Source: Methanobacteriota archaeon (GTDB taxonomy: Archaea > Methanobacteriota > Methanobacteria > Methanobacteriales > Methanobacteriaceae). From it: 64,000 nucleotides of DNA. The DNA lies in the NCBI GenBank assembly GCA_963787255.1, contig CAWBCJ010000010.1, forward strand, positions 32,001-96,000, read 5' to 3'. Position 1 is the stretch's first letter. Every line of letters begins with the position of its first letter. Below are positions 55,536-64,000 of this stretch, piece by piece. The position numbers and the translations under genes are program-made. Under the pieces are notes generated by a model, which was not told the DNA's origin, ran no database searches, and saw nothing but the letters and a program-made list of their open reading frames with translations.

Positions 55536-56291
55536 ATGGATTACAGAATTGAAGTTGAAGATTTAAACGTTTACTTTGGCGAAGCACATATTTTAAAGGA
55601 TATTAACCTTAAAATTCGTAAAAATAAAGTTACTTCACTTATTGGACCTTCAGGTTGTGGAAAATCAACATTTATACGAACTTTAAACCGTATGAATGAT
55701 TTAATTGACACATTTAAGCATAATGGTGCAGTGCTTTTAGACGGCAAAGATATTTATGATCCTAAAATTGATGTTGTGGATTTAAGAAAAAAGATTGGAA
55801 TGGTATTTCAAAAGCCAAATCCATTTCCAAAATCAATTTTTGATAATGTAGCGTATGGTTTGAGGGTACATGGGATTTCAGATAAGGATGTTTTAACTGA
55901 AAAAGTTGAAGAAAGCCTGAAAGCTGCTGCATTATGGGATGAAGTTAAAGATAAAATGGACATGTCTGCAATGGGACTTTCAGGAGGGCAACAGCAGAGA
56001 TTGTGTATTGCAAGAACAATAGCTGTAAATCCGGAAGTTATTTTAATGGACGAACCAGCATCTGCTCTTGATCCTATTTCAACAACAAAAATAGAGGATT
56101 TGGTTCACAAATTAAAGAAAAATTATACCATAATAATCGTTACACACAACATGCAGCAAGCTACAAGGGTTTCTAAGTACACAGCATTCTTCTTAAACGG
56201 TGAAATTGTAGAAAGTGGTCTTACTGACAGATTATTCATGGAACCTGAAGATAAACGTACTGAAGATTACATAACTGGTAGATTTGGATAA
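55536..56291 (+). CDS. pstB: Phosphate ABC ATPase PstB
   Basis: [35 protein letters not shown]. Confidence 0.96.
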   Translation: MDYRIEVEDLNVYFGEAHILKDINLKIRKNKVTSLIGPSGCGKSTFIRTLNRMNDLIDTFKHNGAVLLDGKDIYDPKIDVVDLRKKIGMVFQKPNPFPKSIFDNVAYGLRVHGISDKDVLTEKVEESLKAAALWDEVKDKMDMSAMGLSGGQQQRLCIARTIAVNPEVILMDEPASALDPISTTKIEDLVHKLKKNYTIIIVTHNMQQATRVSKYTAFFLNGEIVESGLTDRLFMEPEDKRTEDYITGRFG

Positions 56292-56355
56292 ATAAATTAA
56301 AAAAATTCAATTGGATTAAAGTACATAATAATGTTGTAGTGTAAGGTGGATAAAA

Positions 56356-57012
56356 ATGAAAAGATATCCAAGAGTGCAGTTTAGAAAAAGGTTAAGGGAA
56401 TTGAAAGAAGAAGTAGATGAAATGGGGCAACTGACCCTTAAAGCACAGAAAAAGGCTATGGAAATATTGAATGATTTTAATGAAGAAAAGTTGAAATTTG
56501 TAGATGAAGCCGGCGAAAAGATAGATATGATGAATTTTGATTTAGAAAGAAGATGTATGGGTATAATAGCATCAGAACAGCCGGTTGCTAAGGATTTAAG
56601 GTTTATAGAGGCGTGTATTAAGGTCGGAAGCCATTTAAAGAGAATGGTAAGTCTGGCTGTAAACATCGCTGAAGTTGCAAAAAATATAAAAAGTGAGGAA
56701 ATTCCCCCAAGACCAATTGAAGACCTTACTTATATGTCAAATATCGTTCAGATGATGGTAAGTAAAGGGCTTTATGCATTTTTAGATCAGAACATGAACA
56801 TGGCAAGGGAATTAAGACAGGATGACGATAAGGTAGATGATTTATTCGATAAATCGCTTACTAATATTACAAAAAGCATGTTCGAAGATAAGGATTCAAT
56901 ATCATACTTGGTATATCTTTTATTCGTTGCAAGATTCCTGGAGAGGACTGCCGATCGTGCTGTGAGCATTGGAGATAGAACAATCTTCATGATGACTTGT
57001 GAAAAACCATAA
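56356..57012 (+). CDS. phoU: Phosphate signalling protein PhoU
   Basis: [21 protein letters not shown]; follows pstB. Confidence 0.9.
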   Translation: MKRYPRVQFRKRLRELKEEVDEMGQLTLKAQKKAMEILNDFNEEKLKFVDEAGEKIDMMNFDLERRCMGIIASEQPVAKDLRFIEACIKVGSHLKRMVSLAVNIAEVAKNIKSEEIPPRPIEDLTYMSNIVQMMVSKGLYAFLDQNMNMARELRQDDDKVDDLFDKSLTNITKSMFEDKDSISYLVYLLFVARFLERTADRAVSIGDRTIFMMTCEKP

Positions 57013-57139
57013 AGCAGTTTTAAGTAATTTAGCTTAAAACTCTGATTTATTCTTTTTTTGGATTAATAGTGAATACAAATCAAATTAAAGATTAATACAT
57101 AGTAGTTATATTTGAACTCTTTTTTTTGAGGTAATATTT

Positions 57140-57559
57140 TTGAATTATTATATCTTTGCATTGATAACAGCGTTTCTATTTGGATTAGCACCAATATTTG
57201 GGAAATTGGGCCTTGAAGGGGTTAATCCTGCACTTGCTTTATGCATCAGGAGTTTTATAATCAGCGGGATTATGCGGGGTTGGCTATTATTGAATAGGGA
57301 TGTAAGTCCTTTGGTGGATGTTAGCATGACAAGTTGGGGGCTTATTGCTTTAGAAGGGATATGTGCAGCTCTTTTAGGTCAATTGTTTTATTATTACGCG
57401 CTTAAATCTGGTGAGCCTTCAGTTGTGGTGCCTCTTATTGCTGTTTTTCCTATTTTTACGTTCATTATTGCTACTATCTTTTTAGGAGATAAGATATCAT
57501 TAAGTAAGGTTGGAGGAGTATTATGTATAGTGTTTGGAGTTATTTTATTGCGGGTTTAG
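57140..57559 (+). CDS. EamA/DMT family small transporter
   Basis: APIFGKLGL, YYYALKSG..SVVVP, FLGD. Confidence 0.82.
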   Translation: MNYYIFALITAFLFGLAPIFGKLGLEGVNPALALCIRSFIISGIMRGWLLLNRDVSPLVDVSMTSWGLIALEGICAALLGQLFYYYALKSGEPSVVVPLIAVFPIFTFIIATIFLGDKISLSKVGGVLCIVFGVILLRV

Positions 57560-57735
57560 CAGTATACATTTATAATTGCATTTAATTTACTTTTGTTCTT
57601 ATAATTTTTTTATTTTTAATATTTTTTTTCTGGTTATTGAACCATAAAGAATATATATTTCATAAGACATACACTTCAAGTGTAAAATAAAACACTAAAA
57701 GTGAATATTTTTAACTTCCTTGATTTAAAGAAAAA

Positions 57736-57972
57736 ATGAGGATTGATAATGTGGAAGCTAAATGGAAAAACCACGAGTTAAGAAACGAATTAATAATGAA
57801 TGCAATGGATTATTTAAATAGGAATGAAAATGTTTCTATTAAAGATTTAGCAGATTATACTGGACAAGAATATATTATAATTATACATTTGATGCATGAT
57901 TTAGAAAATCAAGGCTTAATTAAATCAGAAATGTTTTATAATTTAAATAAATTGGATGAAAATAGTAAATAA
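57736..57972 (+). CDS. Small winged-helix-like protein
   Basis: VSIKDLADYTG..LMHDLENQGLI. Confidence 0.45.
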   Translation: MRIDNVEAKWKNHELRNELIMNAMDYLNRNENVSIKDLADYTGQEYIIIIHLMHDLENQGLIKSEMFYNLNKLDENSK

Positions 57973-58230
57973 TTTTTTTTATTTTAAATTTAAACTTTTT
58001 TTGTTATTCAATTCTTTATTTTTCACTCTTTAAAGAATTTAAAGAGAAAATGGAATTATGAGTTATTTTTGGTAGGATATAATTACAGAAAATTATATTA
58101 CTAATTTAAGTTATAGTAATAATATACAGTTATGTTGATCAAATCGATTTACAGCTGTATGAATCATTTTGTTATATTGGCCATTGAAATTATGTTTTTT
58201 GGCTAATTATAGGTTTATGAGGTGATATAA

Positions 58231-58473
58231 TTGAAAATAAAGGATGAAGTAATTGGAAGAGAAGTTTTAGATCCTACAGGTCACAAAATTGGTGAAGTAG
58301 AAGACGTTGATGTGAACTTTGAATCAGACAGGATAGAAGCACTGGTTCTTCATGAAGGGGGACGTTTTAGAGGCAAAGAAAGAATAATCCCTTTCAGCAT
58401 GGTCGAAACTGTCGGTGAAAGAATAATCTTAAAAAAAGAGTCCCAAGAAGAATCAATGAGAAGAAGAGGCTAA
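58231..58473 (+). CDS. PRC-barrel protein
   Basis: IGREVLD..G.KIGEVEDV..IIPFSMVETVGERIIL; SD GAGGTGA. Confidence 0.85.
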   Translation: MKIKDEVIGREVLDPTGHKIGEVEDVDVNFESDRIEALVLHEGGRFRGKERIIPFSMVETVGERIILKKESQEESMRRRG

Positions 58474-58762
58474 ATGAGGGAGGAATCAATGGAAGGACGA
58501 AGTGAAAGATACTAATAATTTTCTTTTTCAATATTTTTAGCTGTTTTTTAAAAAATAATACTACGCATCATTTTTTTAAGTTTAGACTTCGATACATAGA
58601 TTCTAATTTATCATAAACTGATTCTCTGCATCTGTTTGAGAATCTATTTGTATACCGTCAACTAATTTTCCATTAATGCTTAATGGAACTTTACAGATGT
58701 AGTCATCTTTAAAAGCACTGGAAAAATCTTATTTTTTAAGGAGTTATCATTATTAAACTAAA

Positions 58763-59599
58763 TTAATTTAAAATGGCAGTAGCCTGTCTTGCAGCCCAAC
58801 ATTGAATACAAACTCCAATTGGAAGTCCTGCAGTGTGAGTATCTGCTGTAAGAATTTTAACATCTAGAGCAGTGGTTTTACCCCCAAGGCCCATTGGACC
58901 TATCCCTGTCTGGTTTATTTTTTTTAATATTTCCTCTTCAAGCTCCGCAAGAGTTTCAACAGGGTTTCTTTCCCCAATCTTACTTAAAAGTGCTTTTTTT
59001 GCAAGTTTCATGGCTAAATCCGAAGATCCTCCAATTCCAACACCTACAATTATAGGGGGACATGGTTTCCCTCCAGCGGCTATTACAGTATCAAGCACAA
59101 ATTTTTTAATTCCTTCGATTCCTTCACCGGGTAATGCCATTTTAAGCGCATTGTTATTTTCTGAGCCTATTCCTTTGGGAAAAACAGTTAATTGAAGAAT
59201 TTCATCTTCAACAAGTTCAATATCAACTTGAGGTATTAAATTACCCGTATTATTACCTGTATTTTGCCTGGTTATTGGATCCACCACGTTAGGCCTCAAG
59301 GGAACTTCTTCAGTAGCCCGAGCAACCCCTTTTTTTATTCCTTCAATAAGGTTTTCAACCTTAACATCACCAAGTTTCACAAAAACGATGGGGAGACCAG
59401 TATCCTGACACATTGGAACACCCATTTTTTCGGCAGCCTCAATATTATCCAGTATAGCTTTAAGATTTAGACGTGCAAGCTCATGATCCTCTTGTTTGTA
59501 TGCATCTTCAAGTGCTTTTTTAACATCATCCGGAAGCTTAATAACTGCTTCCTTGAATAAATCGAAAATTGTATCTTCTATTGTACTTTGCGTAATCAT
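58763..59599 (-). CDS. Fe-S hydro-lyase alpha subunit (fumarate hydratase class I, N-terminal part)
   Basis: [30 protein letters not shown]. Confidence 0.9.
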   Translation of the reverse strand: MITQSTIEDTIFDLFKEAVIKLPDDVKKALEDAYKQEDHELARLNLKAILDNIEAAEKMGVPMCQDTGLPIVFVKLGDVKVENLIEGIKKGVARATEEVPLRPNVVDPITRQNTGNNTGNLIPQVDIELVEDEILQLTVFPKGIGSENNNALKMALPGEGIEGIKKFVLDTVIAAGGKPCPPIIVGVGIGGSSDLAMKLAKKALLSKIGERNPVETLAELEEEILKKINQTGIGPMGLGGKTTALDVKILTADTHTAGLPIGVCIQCWAARQATAILN

Positions 59600-59828
59600 T
59601 GTATCTACCTAGAAGTTTAATTTAAAGATAAATAAAGTATCTTAAAATAAATTAGAATATATATCTATTAGTCTTAAGATTCATTATTCTTCTAACAAAA
59701 TTATAAGATAAATTTTTCATATGTGAAAAAAAAATTCAAGAAATAAATGAAAATATAAAAACAAATAGAATTTTTAACACATTTAAAAGATTTAAAAAAA
59801 ATGTAAAAATAAAAAAATACAGGCTTAA

Positions 59829-60260
59829 TCAGTATTTCATGATCATTTTAAGCCTTTCAAGTTCTTTAGCAACCTTTTCACGCTTTTCAGATACCATTTC
59901 CTCTGAATCTACACATAAACCACCTGTAGGGCATGTAAGAACGCAACGAGGTGTTTCCTGATCAATACATAGATTACATTTCTTTGCAATTCCTTGTTCA
60001 TCCATATAGATTGCTCCAATTGGACAGGAATCCCTGCAAAGACCGCATCCTATACAGGCATCTTCATTAACTATAATTGCACCATCAACTTCTTCAATGG
60101 CATCTTCTGGGCAAATAGTTAGACATGGAGCTCTATCTGGTGCACAGTGTAAGCAGTGAATTGAAACGCCACTAATAACTCTTATTGCATTTTGAGGACA
60201 TTCCCGTTCGCATTTTGAACATTCCTCGCAAAGTTCCGGCCGTGAAATTAACTCTTTCAT
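59829..60260 (-). CDS. porF: Pyruvate synthase-associated Fe-S protein PorF
   Basis: Multiple CxxCxxCxxxCP; last gene of the por operon. Confidence 0.8.
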   Translation of the reverse strand: MKELISRPELCEECSKCERECPQNAIRVISGVSIHCLHCAPDRAPCLTICPEDAIEEVDGAIIVNEDACIGCGLCRDSCPIGAIYMDEQGIAKKCNLCIDQETPRCVLTCPTGGLCVDSEEMVSEKREKVAKELERLKMIMKY

Positions 60261-60270
60261 TTTATGCCTC

Positions 60271-60762
60271 CTATTTAAGAGCATCCTTTGCCCTTGAACC
60301 ATGTGTTAAAATGTCTACAATACCTTTCTTTTTAGGCTTTTTACCGATGCCAGCAATCTTTTCGATGTGTTTAGCCTGCTTTTCAAGCTTCATCTTTTCA
60401 GCATCTACAAGAGTAATCGCTCGTTTTGAACATGATTTGATACATGCTGGCGTGTCAAGATCAGGGCACTGACTGCATTTTTGTGCCTTTCGCTCGTGCA
60501 TTACAACTGACCCAAATGGGCAGATAAGCATACAAAGTGAACAGCCTATACATTTTTCAGTGTCTACTGATTTGTCATCGATTGCTTCAGTTGGACAGAT
60601 TCTCTTACAGGGAGCATCTTCGCACTGCTGGCAAATAATAGGGTAGTAAGAACCTTCGACTTCTCTTACCATGATTCTTGATGCGCCGTGAAGCTGTGCG
60701 CAAGCTTCTTCACAATCCATGCATCCATCGCAAATCTCTGGTTGTATTAGTATCTTATCCAA
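60271..60762 (-). CDS. porE: Pyruvate synthase-associated Fe-S protein PorE
   Basis: TTG start after GGGGG; four Cys clusters. Confidence 0.8.
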   Translation of the reverse strand: MDKILIQPEICDGCMDCEEACAQLHGASRIMVREVEGSYYPIICQQCEDAPCKRICPTEAIDDKSVDTEKCIGCSLCMLICPFGSVVMHERKAQKCSQCPDLDTPACIKSCSKRAITLVDAEKMKLEKQAKHIEKIAGIGKKPKKKGIVDILTHGSRAKDALK

Positions 60763-60775
60763 GATTATATTCCCC

Positions 60776-61642
60776 CTATATTTTAAGTTCAGCGCAGACT
60801 TGATTAACGTAAGTTTGAATCTTTTCTTTTTCTTCGTCAGCAAGGTGTTTAAACCGTTTTTGAGCATTTAAGTATTCATTTACAGGTTTTCTTTGAAGTG
60901 GTCTGTATGTTACTTTAAACTCGCCATCAACAATTTCATAAAGTATCCATGCACCAGTATCAACGGCTAATCTTCCAAGTTCTATGGTTTTTGATGAATC
61001 GTAACCCCATCCTGTTGTACATGGCTGATGAAGGTGAATATAAGCAGGTCCTTCCATTTCAGAAGCTTTTTTAACCTTCTTCATGAAGTCTTCAGGATAT
61101 GAAATTGATGCTGTTGCAACATAGGGCACGCCATGGGCTGCCATTATCATTGGAATGTTTTTCTTTGGCTTATCTTCACCAAAACTTTCTTTTCCGTGTG
61201 GTGATGTAGTTGTTGATGCACCATATGGTGTTGCACCGCTTCTTTGGACCCCAGTGTTCATATAAGCTTCGTTATCGTAACAAATGTATATTAGGTTGTG
61301 TCCTCTTTCCATTGCTCCGGATAATGATTGAAGTCCTATATCTGCTGTTCCACCATCACCAGCAAAGACAACTACGTTAACGTCATCTTTCCCTTGGGAT
61401 TTAAGAGCCCTTTCAACTCCGGAGGCTACAGCTGCCGCATTTTCAAATGCTACATGAATCCATGGAACTTCCCATGCAGTTTCAGGGTATTGGGATGTAA
61501 TAACCTCTAAACATCCTGTTGCAGATACTGCTACGGTGTTTTCACCGAGCATTTTAAGTGCAAGTCTTGCCCCTATAGTAGCACCACATCCGGCACATGC
61601 TCTGTGTCCTGGAGCGAGAAATTCTTGTTCAGGTATTTCCAT
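60776..61642 (-). CDS. porB: Pyruvate:ferredoxin oxidoreductase beta
   Basis: [28 protein letters not shown]. Confidence 0.95.
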   Translation of the reverse strand: MEIPEQEFLAPGHRACAGCGATIGARLALKMLGENTVAVSATGCLEVITSQYPETAWEVPWIHVAFENAAAVASGVERALKSQGKDDVNVVVFAGDGGTADIGLQSLSGAMERGHNLIYICYDNEAYMNTGVQRSGATPYGASTTTSPHGKESFGEDKPKKNIPMIMAAHGVPYVATASISYPEDFMKKVKKASEMEGPAYIHLHQPCTTGWGYDSSKTIELGRLAVDTGAWILYEIVDGEFKVTYRPLQRKPVNEYLNAQKRFKHLADEEKEKIQTYVNQVCAELKI

Positions 61643-61643
61643 C

Positions 61644-62799
61644 TTAACTTTCCTCCTCTTTGAGTCCAATCCAGTTAATTTTATCGCTATCGGTTGAATT
61701 TTTTGTTATATTTACTATGTTTCTAATGTCTTCAGGAGCTACGTCACGTCCACCAAGACCTAAAATGAATCCTCTTGCATCTACATCCATTTTAGCTTTT
61801 ATTTCGTTGAATAAGACTCCACCGATACCAAATGATATGTTTTTATCCAAAACAGCTATTTTGTTTGCATTTTTAACTGCTTCATAAATTTCATCCTTTG
61901 GAAATGGCCTGAAAACCATTACTTTAAGAAGTCCAACTTTTTCTCCTTCTTCCCTTAGGTGGTCTATAACTGCTTTAATTGTACCACAGATTGATCCCAT
62001 AGCTACAATAATTATTTCAGCATCTTCACACATGTAATTTTCAACGAAACCATATTCGCGACCGAATTTTTCCGCAAATTCTTTATTAACGCTTCTTATG
62101 ATATCTTTGGATCCTTCCATTGCTACTTCCATGTCATATCTTGCTTCCATGTAGTAATTTGGATCTGTGAATGTTCCAAGTGACATTGGATTCTTTTGGA
62201 TCAAGATAGGAATGTTTTGGTTCATATCCTGGTAGGAATTCATCTACTTCTTCCTGTGATGGAACATCAACAGGTTCAACTGTGTGAGTAAGTATAAATC
62301 CATCTACACAAACCATACTTGGAAGTAGTACATCGTTGTTTTCAGAAATTTTGTAAGCTTGTAATACAAAGTCAAGTGCTTCTTGAGCATTTTCAGCATA
62401 AAATTGGAGCCATCCAGTATCTCTTTGAGAAATAGAGTCTTGATGATCGTTCCATATGCTTAATGGTGCTGATAGCGCTCTGTTTGCATTTCCCATTACT
62501 ATTGGGTTTCTAAGTCCTGCAGCTGCAAATAAAATTTCGTGCATTAATGCTAAACCCTGTGATGATGTTGCTGTAAATACTCTAACACCAGTTCCAGAAG
62601 CACCTACTGCTGCACTTATTGCACTGTGTTCAGATTCAACTCTTATGTACTCTGCAGGGAGATCTCCATCTGCAACGAATTTTGCCAGGTATTCTGAAAT
62701 TGAAGTCTGGGGAGTTATTGGATAAACAGGGACAACATTTGGTTTTGCAAGTCTAACAGCTTCAGCAATTGCTCTATTTGCAGAAATCACTTTAAGCAT
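61644..62799 (-). CDS. porA: Pyruvate:ferredoxin oxidoreductase alpha; +1 A at 62194-97
   Basis: [17 protein letters not shown] joined to FRPFP, GLGGRD via LDPKNPMSLG. Confidence 0.92.
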
Positions 62800-63042
62800 T
62801 TATTCTCTCTCCATTTTAATGGCTTTAACAGGACATTCTTCGGCACATATGCCACATCCTTTACAGTAATCGTAATCTATTTCATTTTCTTTATTTATGC
62901 ATCCTTCTGGGCAAAACAAGAAACAATTTTCGCAATCAATACATTTTTCTTTATCCAGGGTGGGTTTAAAGGTTCTCCAGCTGCCTGTTTTGTTTTGTTT
63001 GCTGCTTCCTGGCTCTCGAACAGTTGCTCCTTTGGCTGTCAT
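62800..63042 (-). CDS. porD: Pyruvate:ferredoxin oxidoreductase delta
   Basis: [10 protein letters not shown], two 4Fe-4S motifs, [11 protein letters not shown]. Confidence 0.95.
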   Translation of the reverse strand: MTAKGATVREPGSSKQNKTGSWRTFKPTLDKEKCIDCENCFLFCPEGCINKENEIDYDYCKGCGICAEECPVKAIKMERE

Positions 63043-63046
63043 GAAA

Positions 63047-63580
63047 TCACCTATTTTTAATTTCTTCGTATGCTATTTTAGCGGCTTCAGCATTCTTTTC
63101 GCCTATTTTTCCGGGGAAAGTTTCTTTAGTTATTTTTATAATGGAATCAAGCGTTACTATACCTGTTGCACTGGCAAATGCCCCTAACATAACGGTATTA
63201 ACTATTGGAATTCCTAAAATATCAAGTGCAATTCCAGTAGCATCAATGCTGTAAGAATCTACATCTTCTCCAAGATTAACATCATTTGTTGTGTTTATTA
63301 TTACTTTTCCATCTTCTTTAAGCCCAGATAATACATCTACAGCTTCTAAAAGAGTTTCATCTAATACAATAACATAATCAGGGTTATAAACTTGATATCT
63401 TCTTCTTATTGGTCTATCATTAATTCTTGAAAACGCCATGACTGGTGCGCCTTTTCGCTCAGCACCGAAGAATGGGAATGCTTGACAATACTTTCCATCT
63501 TCAAACGCTGCTTTTGCTAAAATCTCAGCAGCGGTTACTGCGCCCTGTCCTCCACGTCCATGAAATCGAATTTCGATCAT
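63047..63580 (-). CDS. porC: Pyruvate:ferredoxin oxidoreductase gamma
   Basis: [29 protein letters not shown]. Confidence 0.95.
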
Positions 63581-63783
63581 ACTGTACCTCCATTCCTCAT
63601 GTATAATCATTATAAATTATTATATATAAATGTTGTACATGAACTTATACAATAATATGTGAAAATTTTTGCAATAAATAAAAGAGTATGGATATATAAA
63701 AATTTAGCTTAAAAGGAACATATAATATCCAGATTACTCTTAAAATCAACATAAAGTTTTAAAATCTAATTTAGAGGTAGATT

Positions 63784-64000
63784 ATGAAAGTTCTTATAGT
63801 AACTGGAAAACTCGCAAGCAGCACAGTTAAAAAGGTTTCAAATAAATCAAAACAAGAAACACATGTTTATATAGTAGACACGCCCATTGCTGCTTTTTTA
63901 ACTCCTAAAAAAATACTTGAGGAAATTAAAAATCTTGAAGATCCAGATTATACAATCCTTTGACATGATAATCGTTCCTGGACTTATTCGCAAAGATGTA
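63784..64000 (+). CDS. Dihydropteroate synthase-like protein, 5' part (frameshift near 63950; runs off window)
   Basis: MKVLIVTGKLA..IAAFLTP..[shift]..FDMIIVPGL. Confidence 0.65.

Noticed and set aside
62190-62200. Programmed frameshift in porA (also pstC, pepQ)
   Set aside because: No shared slippery motif or stimulator; the same single-base insertion pattern occurs in many unrelated genes, which favours assembly error.
303-63187. Many short antisense ORFs in the track (e.g. 303..485, 7967..8347, 16879..17436, 35583..36023)
   Set aside because: They overlap well-supported genes on the opposite strand and show no motifs.

Overview
AT-rich chromosomal window from a hydrogenotrophic methanogen. 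The gene content (archaeal ACDS operon cdhABC-cooC-cdhDE, porCDABEF, tiaS, ycaO, pth2, EF-1beta, Thg1-like, geranylgeranyl reductase) points to Methanobacteriales, probably Methanobacterium. Most of it is housekeeping: serA, nadX, lactaldehyde dehydrogenase, pst/pho, a Ni/Co ECF transporter, split type IV pilus genes and two tRNAs. No CRISPR array, transposase or integrase was seen. About a dozen genes carry 1-2 nt indels, including essential porA, which looks like long-read consensus error. Four things stand out. (1) A dispersed family of modular triloop-hairpin elements, with three related copies and a nested module in one. (2) A sulfite-oxidase/MsrP-like Mo enzyme overlapping ycaO, next to two small membrane proteins; all three carry a cytochrome-b-type His-X13-His helix in a lineage regarded as cytochrome-free. 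(3) At least four genes whose only plausible start is ATT or ATA behind a strong Shine-Dalgarno. (4) A trehalose/sugar module: tandem OtsA-like genes, a GH15 hydrolase and a sugar porter.
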